A stretch of 64,000 nt of DNA from the human T2T-CHM13v2.0 reference genome, Homo sapiens, in the NCBI RefSeq assembly GCF_009914755.1, contig NC_060936.1. One strand, written 5' to 3'. The position numbers and the translations under genes are program-made. Shown one piece after another: positions 1-28,586 of this stretch; positions within the stretch are counted from its first letter, which is position 1; each line of letters begins with the position of its first letter. The notes under the pieces were generated by a model. That model was given only the letters and a program-made list of their open reading frames with translations, did no database searches and was not told the DNA's origin.

Positions 1-6506
<6,506 letters not shown>

Positions 6507-7060
6507 GAGGCTGCCGCCTCCGCCAGCGCCTGTCGCCGTCACTCTCCACCCAGCCAGTACCTCGCGCCACCAGAACGCGCCGCCCGCGCCGGCCTCCCAG
6601 TAGCCGCCGCCCGCTGCCTGCACTCTAAGCGCCCTCCCCACCGCTCCGCTCCGGGAGCCATCCCCGGTCGCAGGAGTCCGGGGAGGGCCGGGAGGCGCCA
6701 TGGTCTCTCTCTGTAGCCTTTCCTGGTAGTCAATTTGTTGTCCCGAGGATTCATCTTTTTCTTCCGCCTGCCTTCTGTTTTTTTTGCTGTATGCATTGGT
6801 CTTGCCTGAGCTCTTCCCCAAAGCTTGGAGGAACGGGGGAGGCCCGGGAATGTCCCTGTCTGCACGACCTGGGACTCTGCCCATGTGCTTTTGCCTGTGG
6901 AATGGAGACGCGGACCCTGGATAGTGGTTCTATGACTCTGCGAGGGACAGGCCCACGCGTGTGGGGAGAACATCTCCCTTCCGGGGCTGCCCTCAAGAGC
7001 TTCTGAAAAACTAATGACTCTGCTGCCTTCTCCTTTGTCTTTGTTTCACTCTGTGTTTCC

Positions 7061-7066
7061 AATAAA
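7061..7066 (+). terminator. KRT86 polyadenylation signal
   Basis: AATAAA about 555 bp after the stop codon, preceded by a U-rich tract. Confidence 0.75.
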
Positions 7067-7297
7067 CTCATTGTAGCGAATCAAGCCTAGTGTCTCAGAG
7101 TCTTGAAAATGCCAGGGCCTTCCTGTGATAGGGGCTCCTGCCAGAGCGCCTCAGGACCTGTTTATCCACTATTTTTCAGTAGCTAAAAATGACCACAGTA
7201 GGTGCTGCCCATCTGTACTTGAGCAGCCCAGGCCTTGGGGAAAACGAGAGAAGACTCACGGAGCCAGGGAATCTTATGGGGTCATGGGTTTCTCTAG

Positions 7298-7500
7298 ACC
7301 AGGATTTATCAACTTCAGCACTATTGACAGTGTGAGCTGGGTCATTCTTTGTTTTAGGGCTGTCGCGTGCATTTGGTAGGATGTTTAGTAGCATCCCTGG
7401 CCTCAATCCACTAGATGCCAAGGGTCCTCCACCACCCTCTTGTGACAACTAAAAATGTCTCTAGATGTGGCCATATGTTTTCTAGGGGTTCTCAACCAAG
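7298..7500 (-). mobile_element. MER20-like hAT DNA transposon relic
   Basis: Reverse complement resembles MER20 consensus (ggatgtttagtagcatccctggcctc, gtgacaactaaaaatgtctc); ends approximate. Confidence 0.7.
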
Positions 7501-7939
7501 GTGATCACCCGCCGCCCCCACCCCAGGGCCTTCCTGGAGGGGAAAGTGCATGGGGAAAAAGACGGGGTAAGAATGGAAGGAAGGTATGTGAGAGAAGCAC
7601 TGTGCAGGGAGGAAGAGCCTTGGGTTGAGAGGAGAACTGGGCTTCTCATTCCGAGCCTTGATGGCCATTTGCCACATGTGTGACTTTGGGCAAATTGCTT
7701 CCATCCCCTGATCTTCAGCTGCCTTGGCTGTGGAATGGGGAGATTGGACAGTATTCCTAAGATCCTTCTAGCTCCCTATGTGAGATTGTGTTTGAAAGGG
7801 CTATGTTAATGCCCTTTGAGTTTGAGTGCCGGTTCAGCCATTTACTAGTCTGTAACTGTGGGCAAATCACTAAGCCTCACTGAGCTTTAGTTCCTTCACA
7901 TTTAGAACGGGATGATGATATCTACTGGGCCATAGGGAG

Positions 7940-8910
7940 GTGTTTCAGATATCTATTACACACAGCAAGTCACCCACATGGAGAGGCTTAAAACAGCAAT
8001 ACTTTATCATGCCTCAGGATTCTGTGGGTTTACTGAGGAGTTCTATTTTACATGATGTTGTTTGGAGGGCTAGAATGTCTGAAAGGCCCAATATGGCCAA
8101 AATCTCACATGGCTGGACTTGGTGCTGGCCACCAGCTGGGAGTTCAAGTGACGTGCTTGGCCAGGGTGTATCAGTCAGGGTCCAATCAGAAGACAATAAT
8201 TTGAACAGAGAAAGTTTAACATAAAGCATTATTAACCATAACAGAGATTGGCCAGTAAAAAGCAAGAACTCTAAAGCCCACAGCAGCTGCAGCCATAAGA
8301 AGCAGCCCCTACCCCCAGGCCTTTTCTCCAGCATCCAGTGATAATTTCTTTGCTGGCTCTCCAGCTTTCACTAATTGTCTCCTTGAGCAAATTTAGGCTC
8401 TGCCTGATGCCTGGGCCCAAAGTCAAAGACATAGGTTTTGAGTTTTGTTTCAGTAGCATCTCTCTGCCAGGTACCAACTTGCCCTCCACTTATCTATTGC
8501 TATGTAACAAGACATCCCCAAATTTAGTGGCTTAAAACAACAATATTTTTCATAGTTGTGTGAATTGCCTAGGTGATTCTTCTGCTTCATATCATTGACT
8601 GGGGCTCTGGTACTGCTGAAAGGTCCAGGATGGCTTCACTTGTACGGTTGGCATTTGGAGCTAGCTCTGGTCAAGAGCTCAGGAGCTGATGGCCAGGGCC
8701 TCTGTTCTTCCCTACGTGCTCCAGTCCCTTTGAGGCCATCTGGGCACGGAAGCTGCAGAAGGTGCTTTCCATCAGATTCTATTGGTCAAAGCAGTCATGG
8801 AGCCAGCCCAAGATCAAGGGGAGGAAAAACAGGCTCCACTTTTGATATGAGCAGTGCCATGCACAGAGAGGGAGGAGCTGCTGGGGGCTCATCTCTGAAG
8901 ATAGCTACCA
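7940..8910. mobile_element. MLT1-type MaLR LTR fragments (nested, degraded)
   Basis: MLT1 hallmark ggcttaaaacaacaat occurs twice, plus ttggtcaaagcagtcat; ends approximate. Confidence 0.5.
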
Positions 8911-11900
8911 CAGGACGATTAAATGAGACAACACAAATAAGTTTGAGGTATAGTGTGGCATACAACAGATACTAAACAATTAGTGTTTATGACTGCTCTT
9001 GTTGTTATTACTATTACCATGACATCATAACAGTGTAGCATTCTCAGCCTCTGAATAGCAGGGGCAGAGTGGGCTGGTAGGAAATACTGGGAGCTGGAGG
9101 TTTGACATCCTAGCTTTTGTCAGCAGGAGTGTGTGGCCAAGCTCCTTCAGCTTTTGGAGCCTCGGGTAGTTTACCCACTTAAAGGCAGGTGATAGCAGCA
9201 GCCCACTGAGTGAATGAGAGCTTCAGCTGGTGTGCAGAGAAGGGTGGATGTCACAGCACTGTTAGTCTGGGTACTGGCACTACCACACTGGCACTATCTC
9301 AGGCTTGTCAGCACAGAGGGATCCACCATCCAGCTAGCTCACATTCCTCAGCAGCCAGCAGGAAGCTTCCGGAGAAGAGGCAGCTGGCTCTCTGTGAAGC
9401 ATGGAAGGCCTCATGAATTGGCCCATAGCATCTACCTCTGCAAGAGGATTGGAAAAGTGCCTGGAAGGAAGGAGGAATGAGAAATGCTCTTGGGTGAAGA
9501 AAGCTTTCATGGAATGGAGTTGGAGCTGGGGTAGGAGGGGCTACGGAGGAGGAGGTAGGAACGAAGTGCTCATTTTCAGCTTTTAGAGGCATTGGAGAGC
9601 AGCCCCCGCTCTCCTTGGTGGCCTTCCTGACGCATCAGAGCTCCTGGATGGCCCCATGCTCCTTTTCCAGCTCCATCTTTATCTCTCACATACTGTTCCC
9701 ATGTCTGGAGCACATCTCTCATCCTGGCTAACTCCTTACTTCAGTTCACTTCTTGCTTTCAAATGTAAGCTTTGCAGGGACAAGCATCTTTAACTATTTT
9801 TTTTTTCACTTATAGGAACCCAAGCTTGTGTAACAGTACCTGCTACACAGCAGGTGCTCAATAATGATTTGTTGTTGGAATAAATGAGCTCCTGGTTTTC
9901 CTTTAGGTCTCAGCTTCAATGTTACCTCCCTTAGGAAGTAATCAGCTTTGCCTGCTTAACAATCCTCCAGCTGTGCTTCTCTTTTTCTCCCAGCACCAAG
10001 GCTTAGGGCTCTTCATAGCCACCCCCTCCTTGGTGTAGAGGTGGTAGTGGTGGTGGAGAAGATGGGGCTCAGGGACTCAGGACCAGAGGCTCCAACAATC
10101 TTGTCTAGCCCCTTGAGCTGGTTGGGTGGAAGGAAGATGCATCACTGCCAGAGGCATGGAGTCTCTGGGTTCCCCCAGGTGGCACGTCCATGACCTCCCG
10201 AGGCTGGCAGTCCTTACAGTATCCTCCTTAACCCCTGAGAAGGGAGTGTTAAACCCCAGAGGAGAAATCGGAGCCCCTTCCCAAGACGGGCAGAACTGAA
10301 AAGGCCCCTGCAGAGCCTCTGGTCCAACCCCTCACTTGACAGGTGTTCAGGACATCTTGAGCCAGAGTAGGGGAGAAAGGTGGGGGGCAATGGGGAATAG
10401 GGAGCAGTGAGAGGCACTGAGCGATCAGTCAGAGCTAGACATACAGGGGATGTACATTGTGTACATTGTGTTTAAGTCTGGACTTTGTCCCGGGGACAGT
10501 GGTGACCCACTGAAAGCTCAGCCTTGTGTATGATGAAGGTCTCTGGCTGCTGTGAGGTGGGGCATGGAAGGGAGAAGAGCAGGACTCCAGGCAAAATGGT
10601 GATGGCTGGGTGTGCTGGCAGCAGTAAGGAGAGAGGAAAGAGGGGGATGGAGAGCTATTTAGGAGGCAGAAAAGGAAGTCCTTGGGTTTAATGAATATTG
10701 AGGGCGCAGGCATGGATAAATCATAGATTCTGGTTTGGGCAACTGTGTTGATGATCTTGGCAGGAGAGACTGGAGGAGACTCCGGTTGAGAGGGTGGGAA
10801 GCAATGAGTTAAGCTGGAAGGTATGCTGAGTTCGAAGCATCTCTAAAACTGACAAGTGGAGGTGTCTTGTAGGAACTGGAGCTGGTGGGTCTAAGCCGAG
10901 GAGTGAGGGTAGGAGGAGAATCATCAGGGCTCTGAAGCCCAGGTGGGGGATTTTAACCAGGGAGGACATTAACTTTGGGTGGTAGCTGAAAGCGAGAGCT
11001 GATGTGACTGCCTGGGGAGAGTGCAGAGAGGTGGGGAAAGGCCCTGGGGTAGTTGGGTGCTTGAGGCAAGGTGCAGGGTGAGGTGTGAGCCAGTGAGCAG
11101 AACTGCCTGGGAAGAGCTGAGAGCTTGGCCTGGGAGACAAGGAGGTGAAAGGCCCGAGACTCAGGAATTGGGAGGTGGGAGGGAGAGAAGGCACTGGGGA
11201 GCCCCTGGACTTGGGTGGAAGCTAAAGGGTCCTGGGGAGCCTGGAGATTCCAGGGGAAGCAAAGGAAGGGGGTGAGTCCTCCAAGGACATCCTGGTGGGA
11301 TGGGTGGGAAAGGCCAGGGGCTGGGTGAAGGGGAGGAATGAAGAGGGCCAGCAAGGAAGGCAGTGCGCTACCCTGGAGGTGGGCTGCAGCCTTGCAAGGA
11401 CTGTTCCAGGCCTGATTCCTCGAGGGTGGGGTTAGGGACTTCTCAAAGTCTTCCAGAGCTCTCCAGAGCTTTCCAAGAGGAGGACAGGAGAGATTGGGCC
11501 AAGCAACGGGCAGAGGAGCCTCTTAGCCTTGGGGTTGAAGCTGTGAGGTATCTCGGATGAGGGCAGTGAGTGGGGCAGTTGAGGGAGTGAGTAGAAGGTG
11601 TCCTCATGTCAGCTGTGGAGAAGGCTGCCAGGTACTCAGGAGGTGTATGCATGGGGGAAGGGTGGGCCAGGGGCAGGTGCCAAGGCTCTCATCTTTCCCT
11701 GTTTGGTGGGCAGCATGAGGAGGATGTGGCAATGGGGTGGGGTCCGGATTGACACAGGGCAGCCCCCAAGGGTGGCTGCTGGCACTTTTGGTGGTTGTTG
11801 CTGTGGTACCTACGTGGAAGGATGGCTGGGGGGCAGAGTGAAGATATGCTAGGAAGAGAAAGTGGGGACCGTGTATGCAAGAAGGGGGCAAAACTCAAAC

Positions 11901-12233
11901 ACACACACAAGCACGCATACACGTGCACACATATAAACATGCGCATGCACATGCACTGCCTTCCGGCTGACTTCTGGCCTCCTCGGTCCCCTTCAGAGCC
12001 ATCCAGACTGACAGGTGTGACAGGTAGAAGGTGCTGTGAGCACAGTCAGCACTGCCTGGCCAGGAGATGACAGAACCATCTGGGGACAAGGCCCTACGGG
12101 TGTCCAGGCGGAGAACAGGCCAGAACGACTCTAGTCTTCAGGCCATATCATCAGGCTGGGGTGCTCACCACTTGGTGGGTGTGGGGGGCCCCAAGAAAGC
12201 AAGACATTGCAGCACACAAAGCAGGTCCCCAAG

Positions 12234-12239
12234 TTTATT
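12234..12239 (-). terminator. KRT83 polyadenylation signal
   Basis: AATAAA on - strand about 310 bp past the stop codon. Confidence 0.75.
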
Positions 12240-12550
12240 GGAAAAGGGGAGACAAGAGGCCAGAGAGGCAGGGGGAACAGTCTCACAGTGCTTCTTCCAG
12301 GGAAGCAAGGCCCTTCTCCCCGGGAGGGGCTGAAGGCTGAGACAGGGGAAGGAATGGGTCTATTCCCCAGCCACAGACCCCTTTCCAGTGGGATGAAAGG
12401 TGGGGAGGAGCCGCTGGTGGGAATGAGCCGATGGTGTATTCTCAGAACACAAGGGGAAAAGCCAGCGATGTGCTGCTGTTTTCAGCTGGTGGTGGGGCAG
12501 TGGCACGTCTGGCAGGCAGAAGGGGCTCCCCTGGCTCTCTTTTGGGCCAC

Positions 12551-19511
<6,961 letters not shown>

Positions 19512-22500
19512 CCCTTTATAAGCTTCCTCCTTGCTCCTGCCCCTCCCACTGGCACTGCTGTGGAGCGGGGAGAGGGGTTCCTGAAAGCATTAGTTGCATT
19601 CTGCGGTCCAAGCGAGGGGAATGGGTGCAGTGACCTGGGGTAAAGCCTGCTCTCTGAACCCTGTTCTGAAAGGGGCAGAGCTAGGCTATGGGCCCTGGAC
19701 CCATGGCCAAGCCCTGGGGTGGAGTGGCTGGCCTGTCCCAAGGAGGGGGCTGCCTCCGACACAACCTCTTGCTGTAGGCTTTCCTGTCTTTTTCTCAAAG
19801 GCGGGTTCCTTTCCTCATTGTCAAGATTGGCCGCTCCTATCCTATTCCTGCTCAGAGCCTGGTCAAGGATGGGAGTGGGGGTAGAGATTTGGGGTGGGAG
19901 GAGGGCATGTTCTTTGCACTTTGGGTATTCCTAGTGCAGGGACACCATCTGGGACATGGAAGAAACTGATTCAGAGAGTTCAGGACAGTGCCAGGGCTAT
20001 GCTTCAGAGTTCCAGGTGTCATTGCTGATGGGATCAGGAGCGGGGAGTGTGGAATACCTCAGAGCTCCAGGGACTCATGGAGGAGAGTGGGGACCTGGGC
20101 TTGAGGAGGATTGGGGTGGGGTAGTACAGGATTGAGAGATGACCAGAAAAGAGTCTGGCTCTGATTTGCAGACTAGACTATGTGTATTCATTTATTCATT
20201 TATTCATTTATTCAGGAAATACTTATTTGGTGCCCACCAACTATGCACTAGCCACTGTGCTAGGTTCTGGAAATCCTACAGAGACCTGGGGTGTTTGGAG
20301 GTAGCATGCATGTGAGGGAGCCAACATTTGGCTAGGGGGAAAGATGAGAAGCCACAGATGGGGGGAAGGCCCTCACAATGTCCAGGCTGATTGGTGTTCT
20401 TTAGGTTCCCAGCAGGGAAGCTCAGTGATGGGGTCTTGGGGTGTATGTACTCACCAGGAAGGAGGGAAGGTGCGGGAGGTGAGGGACATCAGCAGGGTCC
20501 TTAAATGAGATCACTCTCTCACCTCAGAGAACACGCTGGGTGAGAGAAGGGTGCTAGCTCATGTGGCTGTTCCTAAAGCCAAGCTCTCTTACTTTGGGCC
20601 CTTGTTCCTTTGGGTTAGGACAGGCAATGGCTTTGATGGATGGACAGTCGGACCGAGCCAGGAGGTTTGCCTTAACCCGAGGACCTGAGCCCATCAACCC
20701 TTCCAAACACACATCTCTGGACTGCTTTCGTCAGGAGAGGATGAGGAGGACTCCACTGATGGACCTGTGTCCTGACCCAGCCACAACCCAACACTGACCC
20801 ACTCTGGGCTAATAGTAACCCTCCTGTGACTCTCATCTTTTGCCCTTCCCACTCCCGCTCAGGATGAGTGGGCCAGTTATATCCCAGAGTGGGGATCTGG
20901 GGATGATGGAAGAGGGGCCCATCTTCTGTGGGCCTGAGGGAGGGCAGGCGATGGTGCTGTTGAAATCTCTTAGGGAGCTGGACATCTGCCATGGATCCAA
21001 AAAAAGGACTCTCCTAGCCTCTCTTCTTGGGTCCTGTGGACAGGCTTCCAGAGTCTTGTGTCTGGGGCGGGAACTCTGGGGGTGTGGGCTGTGTGATAGG
21101 GGATCCTGGTGTGAAAGACACACCAGGGAGGCACAGCCTGAGGGTACCTGGGGGGCCTGGGGGTGGCTGACTGCAGCTGAGTGGCTAGTGGGATTTTGGG
21201 AGCATCTTTGAGGGAGGCTGGGCTGGCTGGTGCTGTCATGTTCAGTCTTGGTTGGGTCAAACATCTGCTAGACAGCCAAGAAAGACCAGGCTCTTCACCC
21301 ACCCACACTGGAACCAGTGAGCACCTGGAATGCTCTCCACACATATCCAATGATTATGGGGGATCTGTTTCTTGGTGAAATGCTGAGGACTGCAGGGCAG
21401 TGAACCCTCTGTGAAGCATTTCTCCATCACGATGCTGGAAACTGCGCTGCTGTCTTCTGACCTGGCTCATCTGTCTCAATCCAGCAGGCTTGGATCATGT
21501 TGGACCCCTCCACCGAGGGGCTCTGTGTAGACACATGACCTCCTTGGGATGGGGGAGCCATGACCATGCCCACCCCTGCCCTGATTGGCTCTGAAGATAG
21601 CATGGACCCTGGAGATAAAAAGACACAATTCGAAGCCCAACTATATCTCTTACTAGCTTTGTGCCATGGCACAGGCGTTTTCCCCCAGGGTCCTTACTTG
21701 TGAAATATAAATGGTAATCCACAGCTTGCTGGAGGTTGGGAGGACCGAGCGAGTGCCTGGTGGAGGGAAGCGCCACCCCCACCTCACTTTGTGCTAGCAG
21801 GGTGACTGGGTCTTGGTTGCAGGCACCTGGCAGGGCCTTGCAAAGGGACAGTGTACACGGCTAGTGAGATGCAGAGTACCATTCCTGGGTAAGCAGAAAG
21901 CAGTTTTACAAGGCAATCATTGCCGCCTCAGAAAGCCTTAATTAGAGCATCTATTTGTAAATGGCTCAGAACAAAGAGAACTGCAGACCAGGAGTCCCTT
22001 GAAAACAGACTTAGACAGGAAGCTGACAAAGAGACAGCAGCACCCAAATCCCCAGGCTGCCTCTTCCCTCCTGGGCTCCAGGCTGTGATTGGTTCCCGCC
22101 CTAACCATGGGCCCATAAAGGGTCCGGCAGAGCCACAGGCTGTTTCAGTCACCAGGGCCTGGACTCTGTGCCTGCCCTTCACACCTGGTCTGGGTTGGCC
22201 TGGAGGAATGACCGCTTGCCCTGTTGATCTGGTCCTCAGATTCCCACCTGTCTCTCTTGGGGTGCAACCCCCTGGCCTTATTCCTGTGTGCTTTTCTGGT
22301 GTCTACCTGCCTGTCTGCTGGGTTTCTGACACTCTGATGCTCTGACTTTTGTCACTTCTTTCTTGCCTTAATATCCATGTTGCTTCACATTTTTTGTGCC
22401 TTCTTAATGGATTTTTGATAAACAACTCTGAAATGAACATTAGTAAACACATCTTTGGGCACCTGTCTAGTAATTTCCTTAAAACAAATTCCTGGAGGTG

Positions 22501-23594
22501 AAATCGTTGAGTAAAAGGGGACTGTTCTGGTCTTCTCCAGGTGTGCCTGGCCACAGGTCTGTTGCTCACCTGGCTGTGGAAGTGACATTTCCATGGGAAG
22601 CCTGCTGCAGTGAAGTCATTAGATCTGGGAGTCCTGGAAATATGGCTGCAGCTCTCATTTCAGTCACTGTGTGTGTGTGATGCTTTAGCTAATCTCTGTA
22701 AACCTTGTGTCTTCATCTGAAAAATGAGGATTCTAATACTGGCCTTTTTGGCCTTTGCGAAGATGAGCTGGGGTGGTGCATGGGAAGCCCGTGGAAGGCA
22801 CGCAATCCAGGAGGGTGGAAGGTGCATGCGGCTTCCTGCTCCAGGCAGGAAGAATTCTTTGATGCCTCCAGTTTTGCCTTCTGGCCTTGAACTCACAACA
22901 CACCTCCAGAGCTGATAAGATGTGGCACCTTCACATACTCACTACTATTTACTATGCAAGTTCTCTGTACCGAAGAGGAGGGAGAGAGATTTAATACACA
23001 GCCCCTGTCCTCAAGGATCCAACAAAGTAGTTGGGCAGATTTGTAAGTATGCACAATTTGTATTCTGGATGAAGCAGTTCTTCAAGACTCCTCTTCCTCG
23101 GAGTGGGAGCTTGCTTTGGGCTGGAGCAGTCAGAGGCTTTGTAGGAAAAGTCAGACTTGAGCTGGGATTTGAAGGATAGAGGGGTTTGGAAAGGTCAGAA
23201 GGGTGGAGGCAATGCCAGGCAATGAATGGAAGAAGAGCACAGACGTGTTCACAGGGCGGTGGATACCGTGGTTGAAGCTTAGAGGATGTCACACCTAAAG
23301 GATGAACTTGAGGCACATGCCAATGAAGACTGAGAGCAAGACAAAGGTGTCCATTCTCAAGGCCATGCTGTAAAATACTAGAATTCCTGGCCAAGAAAAG
23401 AAATGTCTGTAAGAATTGGAAGAGAAGAGATAGAACTGCCATTATTTTCAGACAATGGGATCAGCTGTGTAGAAAACCCAACACAGTCAACTGATACACG
23501 GTAGAAGTAACAGGAAAAGTTGAGCAGTGCTGCTAGTTACAAAGTCAACTTACAAAAATCAAAAGTGCTTTTCTTTATCAGTGACAGCTAATCA

Positions 23595-23952
<358 letters not shown>

Positions 23953-24668
23953 CTATGGAGAACAATATAAAACTCTATAATGAAAATAAAAAACAAGAAA
24001 ATCTGATTAAATGGAATTATGCTATATTCAGGAATACTTTGACCTAGCATTCTAAAGTTATAAATTGCCCCTAAATTAGTTGGCAAATTCAATGCAAACC
24101 CAACAAAAATTCCAGCCGGATTTATTTTGAGGAACTTGATAAAATTAATTTTTTTCTGAAAGAGTAAAGTTTATTTATAGCAAAGCCAGTTATGAAAAAG
24201 GAAAGGAAAGTCTGAGGACTCGAGATAAAATAGTAATAATAAAGTGTGCAGCAATATGTAGATAGACTAATGGAGCAGCACAGACACTCACAACAGGCCC
24301 CTTCCCATCAGTAAAGCTTGGTATTTAATGAGGGTTGCAACAAGCAAAGGGCCATTTATTCAGTTGGTGAGATTTGTAAAAAATAGACACACCGTATGGA
24401 AAGCATAGAGCTGGAGTTTAGTTCATACCATGTCCCATGGGAAGCCTCGGATGAATTAAAGGCCAGGACAGATAAAGCTAAAAGGCAAGCAGAAGCCATG
24501 TAGGAGAATGTCCTTACTTATGGGTGGGGAAAGATTTCTTAAGCAAACCTTGAAAATAAAGACCAGGTAAAAAATGGATCGACATGACCACATTAAAATG
24601 AAAAATTCCAGTTTAGCGAAAGACTACACAGAAAAAAAAATAGTTGGTAGTTGATAGCCTGGGAAAAG

Positions 24669-24749
24669 TTATATATTTATATATATATATATTCCTTATA
24701 CGTGTGTGTGTGTGTGTGTGTGTGTGTATAAGAAACGTCTATATATATA
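24669..24749. repeat. (TA)n/(TG)n compound microsatellite
   Basis: TA runs flanking a run of about 13 TG units. Confidence 0.8.
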
Positions 24750-27700
24750 AGGAATGCCTGCAAATCCACAAGTAAAAGAAAGGAAATCCAGTAGAAAGCT
24801 AGTCAGGGATCTGAATAGACAGTTCATCAAAGGGAAAGCCCAAATGGCTAATAGGAATATGAAGAAATGATGACTGCCCCCAGTCCTTAGAAAGATGCAG
24901 ATCAGGCCACAAGTTATGTTTGTACCATCAGAATGGCAAGGATCAGAAAGGTGGATGTGGAGGGGTGGGAGGATGAGAACCCTGGGGCACTGTGGTTGGG
25001 AGCGTGGGGTGGTGTAGACATTCTGGAAAGCAACGTAGAGTTGTTCAGTGAATTCAGGCATGTGTAAATGTGTAAATGACCCAGCACTCGCACTCCTGAG
25101 AGAAATCCAACCCCACATATGAAAGCAGTCCTTATGCAAAGAACAGGTTATTCATTGTGGCATTATGTGTAGCAGAAGGAAGTTGGAGGCACCCTAGCAG
25201 ATGAGTTAGAGAGCTTTGCTGGGGCCAGCCTGAAAATCAGGCCCAGGAGCCTTCAGATGTCTTCTGCTGAGCCTTTGGTGCCTGGGGAGATGCATCTTGA
25301 AAGTGGAGCTTTTGGGAACTAAAGCTGCGAAGGCATATAATGGGCTGGAGGAGGGGAGACTGGCTCATAAGATCTGTTTAGAAAGTTAATGTCTGGGGTG
25401 GAGGCGGTGGGTTGCCCACGGAGGGGTACACGGCCGAGTGCTGAGCACATGTAGAGAAGCCCCTGGGAAAGTGAAAAACTCCAGGCAGGGAAGAGCCACG
25501 AAAGCCACACTCCACGCTGATCAACATAGGAGGGCTTCTTGTAGGAAAAGGGCTCTCCTAGATGGCAGCACTGGGTACCTCCTGATGCCAAGCTAGGGTG
25601 CCCTCTGGTGGGAACATTGTGGCAATCCTGGCAGTCCAGGACATCTTTTCTAAGGCACCTTCTGCAGCACAGCTATGACTCATATGGCTTCTCTGAGCCA
25701 CAGAACTCAGGGTTTCGGTCTATGAAATGGATGCATGCCATGCAGGTGTGATGAAGCTGGGTGAGCTCCAGCTCCGGGGTAATGACAAGCATTTCTGGGC
25801 CAAGGTTTTCTTCCTGTTCGTCTCTGATACTCCTCCCACAAGCCTTCTGAACGATTGGAGGGGGTAGCCCTGGAGGGCGTCATGTCCCACCCCACCCTCC
25901 GTGCTGTACCACTCCTGCTGGATCCCTCCAGGAACAGGGAGGCTTTAGCCAGGCTGGGCAACCTGAAGTGGGCCTTATGTTGAACCCGAAGCCAAGCCCT
26001 GTGCTTGAGCTTGTTGGTCACCCTCCACCTGTCTGGTTATGCCCCACACATTAACCCGGTCCCCCAACAGCCTTGCTCAGCACCTCCCAAGTCCTCTCCA
26101 CCCTGCACCCCACCCACTCCCATGAGATGCACACCCATCCTGCTCTCCTCAGGAGCACTCACAGTGCAGGATTTCAGGGACCTGGGTGCACAGAGCACCC
26201 CTCTGGGTGCTATCTGGGCCAGCAGTGTCCTCTGGAAGCAGTGAGGGGCTGGGGCTGGCCACTCTTCCCCTCATGGGTCTGAGCAGCAGGGGAAGGGTGG
26301 CCACTGCTCCGGACGCTGTGAGTCTCTGGGTGCTGCCTGAGGGTGCAGGAGCTCCTTAGAACAGACACAATGAGCTCTCCCTGCTCGGACTGCAGTCCTC
26401 AAGTAAGACAAATTTGGTTGTTAAAGCTACTAAATTTGAGGACTTAGTAACTGCTGTAGTAAAGTGGAACAGACTTACCTGGATTCCATAATTTGCAATC
26501 ACTGTTGAGTATTGGCATCATTCCAGAAATTAAGACAATCGAAATTCATTGTAAGTTTTCAGTTTTAGCTCCATTTAAACCTCTTCTGTCTCCCCCCGCC
26601 ACTAGGCCACCTCTCCACATGCCCAAACTAACATATTTATGGCTCTCATGGCCTGGTGGGATGGGGGTCTTTTCATCACACACTTCCACCTTCCTTCTCT
26701 TTTGAGATTTGCAGCATGTATTGAGTCAGGGGAGGGACTGTCAGGCAGGGCTCCCTGCCTAGGTGATAGCTTGTTAGGGCAGCAGGCTCCGTGGCTGCCT
26801 CTAAATTTAGGTGGTGGCCCACAAGCCTGTTGTTGGAGGGTTGATTTCACAAGGTCCCCTACCCTGGTGCTGCCTTGCAACATATGGCCACATCTTGCCC
26901 TCCATGCTGCTGGATGGCTCTTCCATCTCAGTTGTCCTCTGAGACCATCTTTTGGGCCTATGGCTATGAGGGGTGGTGACCATGTGTGTGCAGCTGTCTT
27001 AGAAGAGGAGGGATGCTGACAACCTCTTGTGCTCAGCTTTAGGCCTTGGCTGCAAATCGGGGAACACAGGAAAAATGCATCTGCTCTCCCCTTCCTCACA
27101 CAATACCACAGCGAATATCCTAGTTTATTGTACATAGCCATCCATAGGATTTTAGGTCTACTTCTTCACCCTAGAAATCAGAAGAGCCTGTGTCTCCCTT
27201 CCCCATCAGATGCAGGAGACTCTAAGCTGCTCTCTCAGACACCCCCTTTCTTCAGCCTGGTCATTGTACACTCTCTTCTCAGAACTCTGCATCCCAGAAA
27301 CACTGCTTCTGCCTCCATGCTGCCTCAGGTGTAGCTGCACCCTCCCCCTTCTTGTCCTGGGTCAAAGCTCTTATTCTGCCCTGGGCTCTCTGTCCTCTCC
27401 CCCAACTATCAGTCTCACTTACTTTGGAAGCATCTTAGAAGCAGGGTTCTAATTCACAGACAGGGACCTTCTACTGATCTAGAATTATGAGAGAAAGAGG
27501 TGTTACTTTATAAGGTACTAAATACATGAAGTTTCACTCAAAACTCTTCTGTGGGGACAAACATATTTCTAAAGTGAATTACTGGCTTTCAGGCTGCATT
27601 AAGTGCATTGGATATAACATGAAGTTTACTTGGAGGCTCAGGGTCACAGAGACCACGGTGCAGCCCCCATGGGCTCTCAGGGACCATCCTGTGCAAGCTT

Positions 27701-28222
27701 CTGCTTTTATGACACTCTGTTCTTGCTATGTTGCTGCCTCATTTTTGCATCAGCCAGTAGGATAGCGACTGTGGTACAGCGCTTCACTGATTATGACGTT
27801 TTGCATCTGGCCTGCACAATGACCCTGAGTTTGTCCTGCAAACCAGAGATAGTGAGATGTGTAGAATAATTTGTAGCCATGCTAAATTAGGACCCCATAG
27901 TCTGTGCTATTTTCAAGTTCACATTGGCTTGAGATGTCTGTGAGACCCTAAGGTGGAGATAACAGTAGAAGTTACCATTTATTGAGCATGCAGTATAGTA
28001 TATGTTACTCACTGTGCTAAATACATTGCACAATTATCTCATTTAATCCTCTCAACCAGCTCAGGAGGAGCTGTGGTCAATCTTGATGCTTTTAATTGAC
28101 TTATACTGTATACAGGGAGGGCATGACATTGGGTGTACTGCCCAGAGAAGGGCATTTGGCTTGTGTTTGCCATTCTGTTGTCTTACCTGCTTATTCCTGA
28201 CACAAAACTGTACCTTGGATGG

Positions 28223-28586
28223 TGATACAGTTTGGCTGTGTCTCCACCCAAATCTCATCTTGAATTGCAGTTCCCATAATCCCTACATGTTGTGGGAGGA
28301 AGCCGGTGGGAGGAAATTGAATCATGGGGGCAGTTTCCCCCATGCTGTTTTTGTGATAATGAGTGAGTTCTCATGAGATGTGATGGTTTTATAAGAGTCT
28401 GGCATTTCCCTTGCTTGCACTCATTCTCTTTGCTGCCGCCTTGTGAAGAGGTGCCTTCTGCCATGATTGTAAGTTTCCTGTAGCCTCCCCAGCCGTGTGG
28501 AACTGTGAGTCAGCTAAACCCCTTTTCTTTGTAAATTACCCAGTGTCGGGTATTTCTTCACAGCAGCGTGAGAATGGACTGATACA
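28223..28586 (+). mobile_element. THE1 (MaLR) solo LTR, THE1C/D-like
   Basis: TG...CA termini, 364 bp, tgatacagtttggctgtgtctccacccaaatctcatcttgaattg; 5-bp TSD GATGG at 28218-28222 and 28587-28591. Confidence 0.88.

Noticed and set aside
11898-11956. Alternating purine-pyrimidine tracts (also 37652-37707) as Z-DNA elements
   Set aside because: Short, interrupted CA/TG low-complexity sequence that is common genome-wide; no evidence of function.
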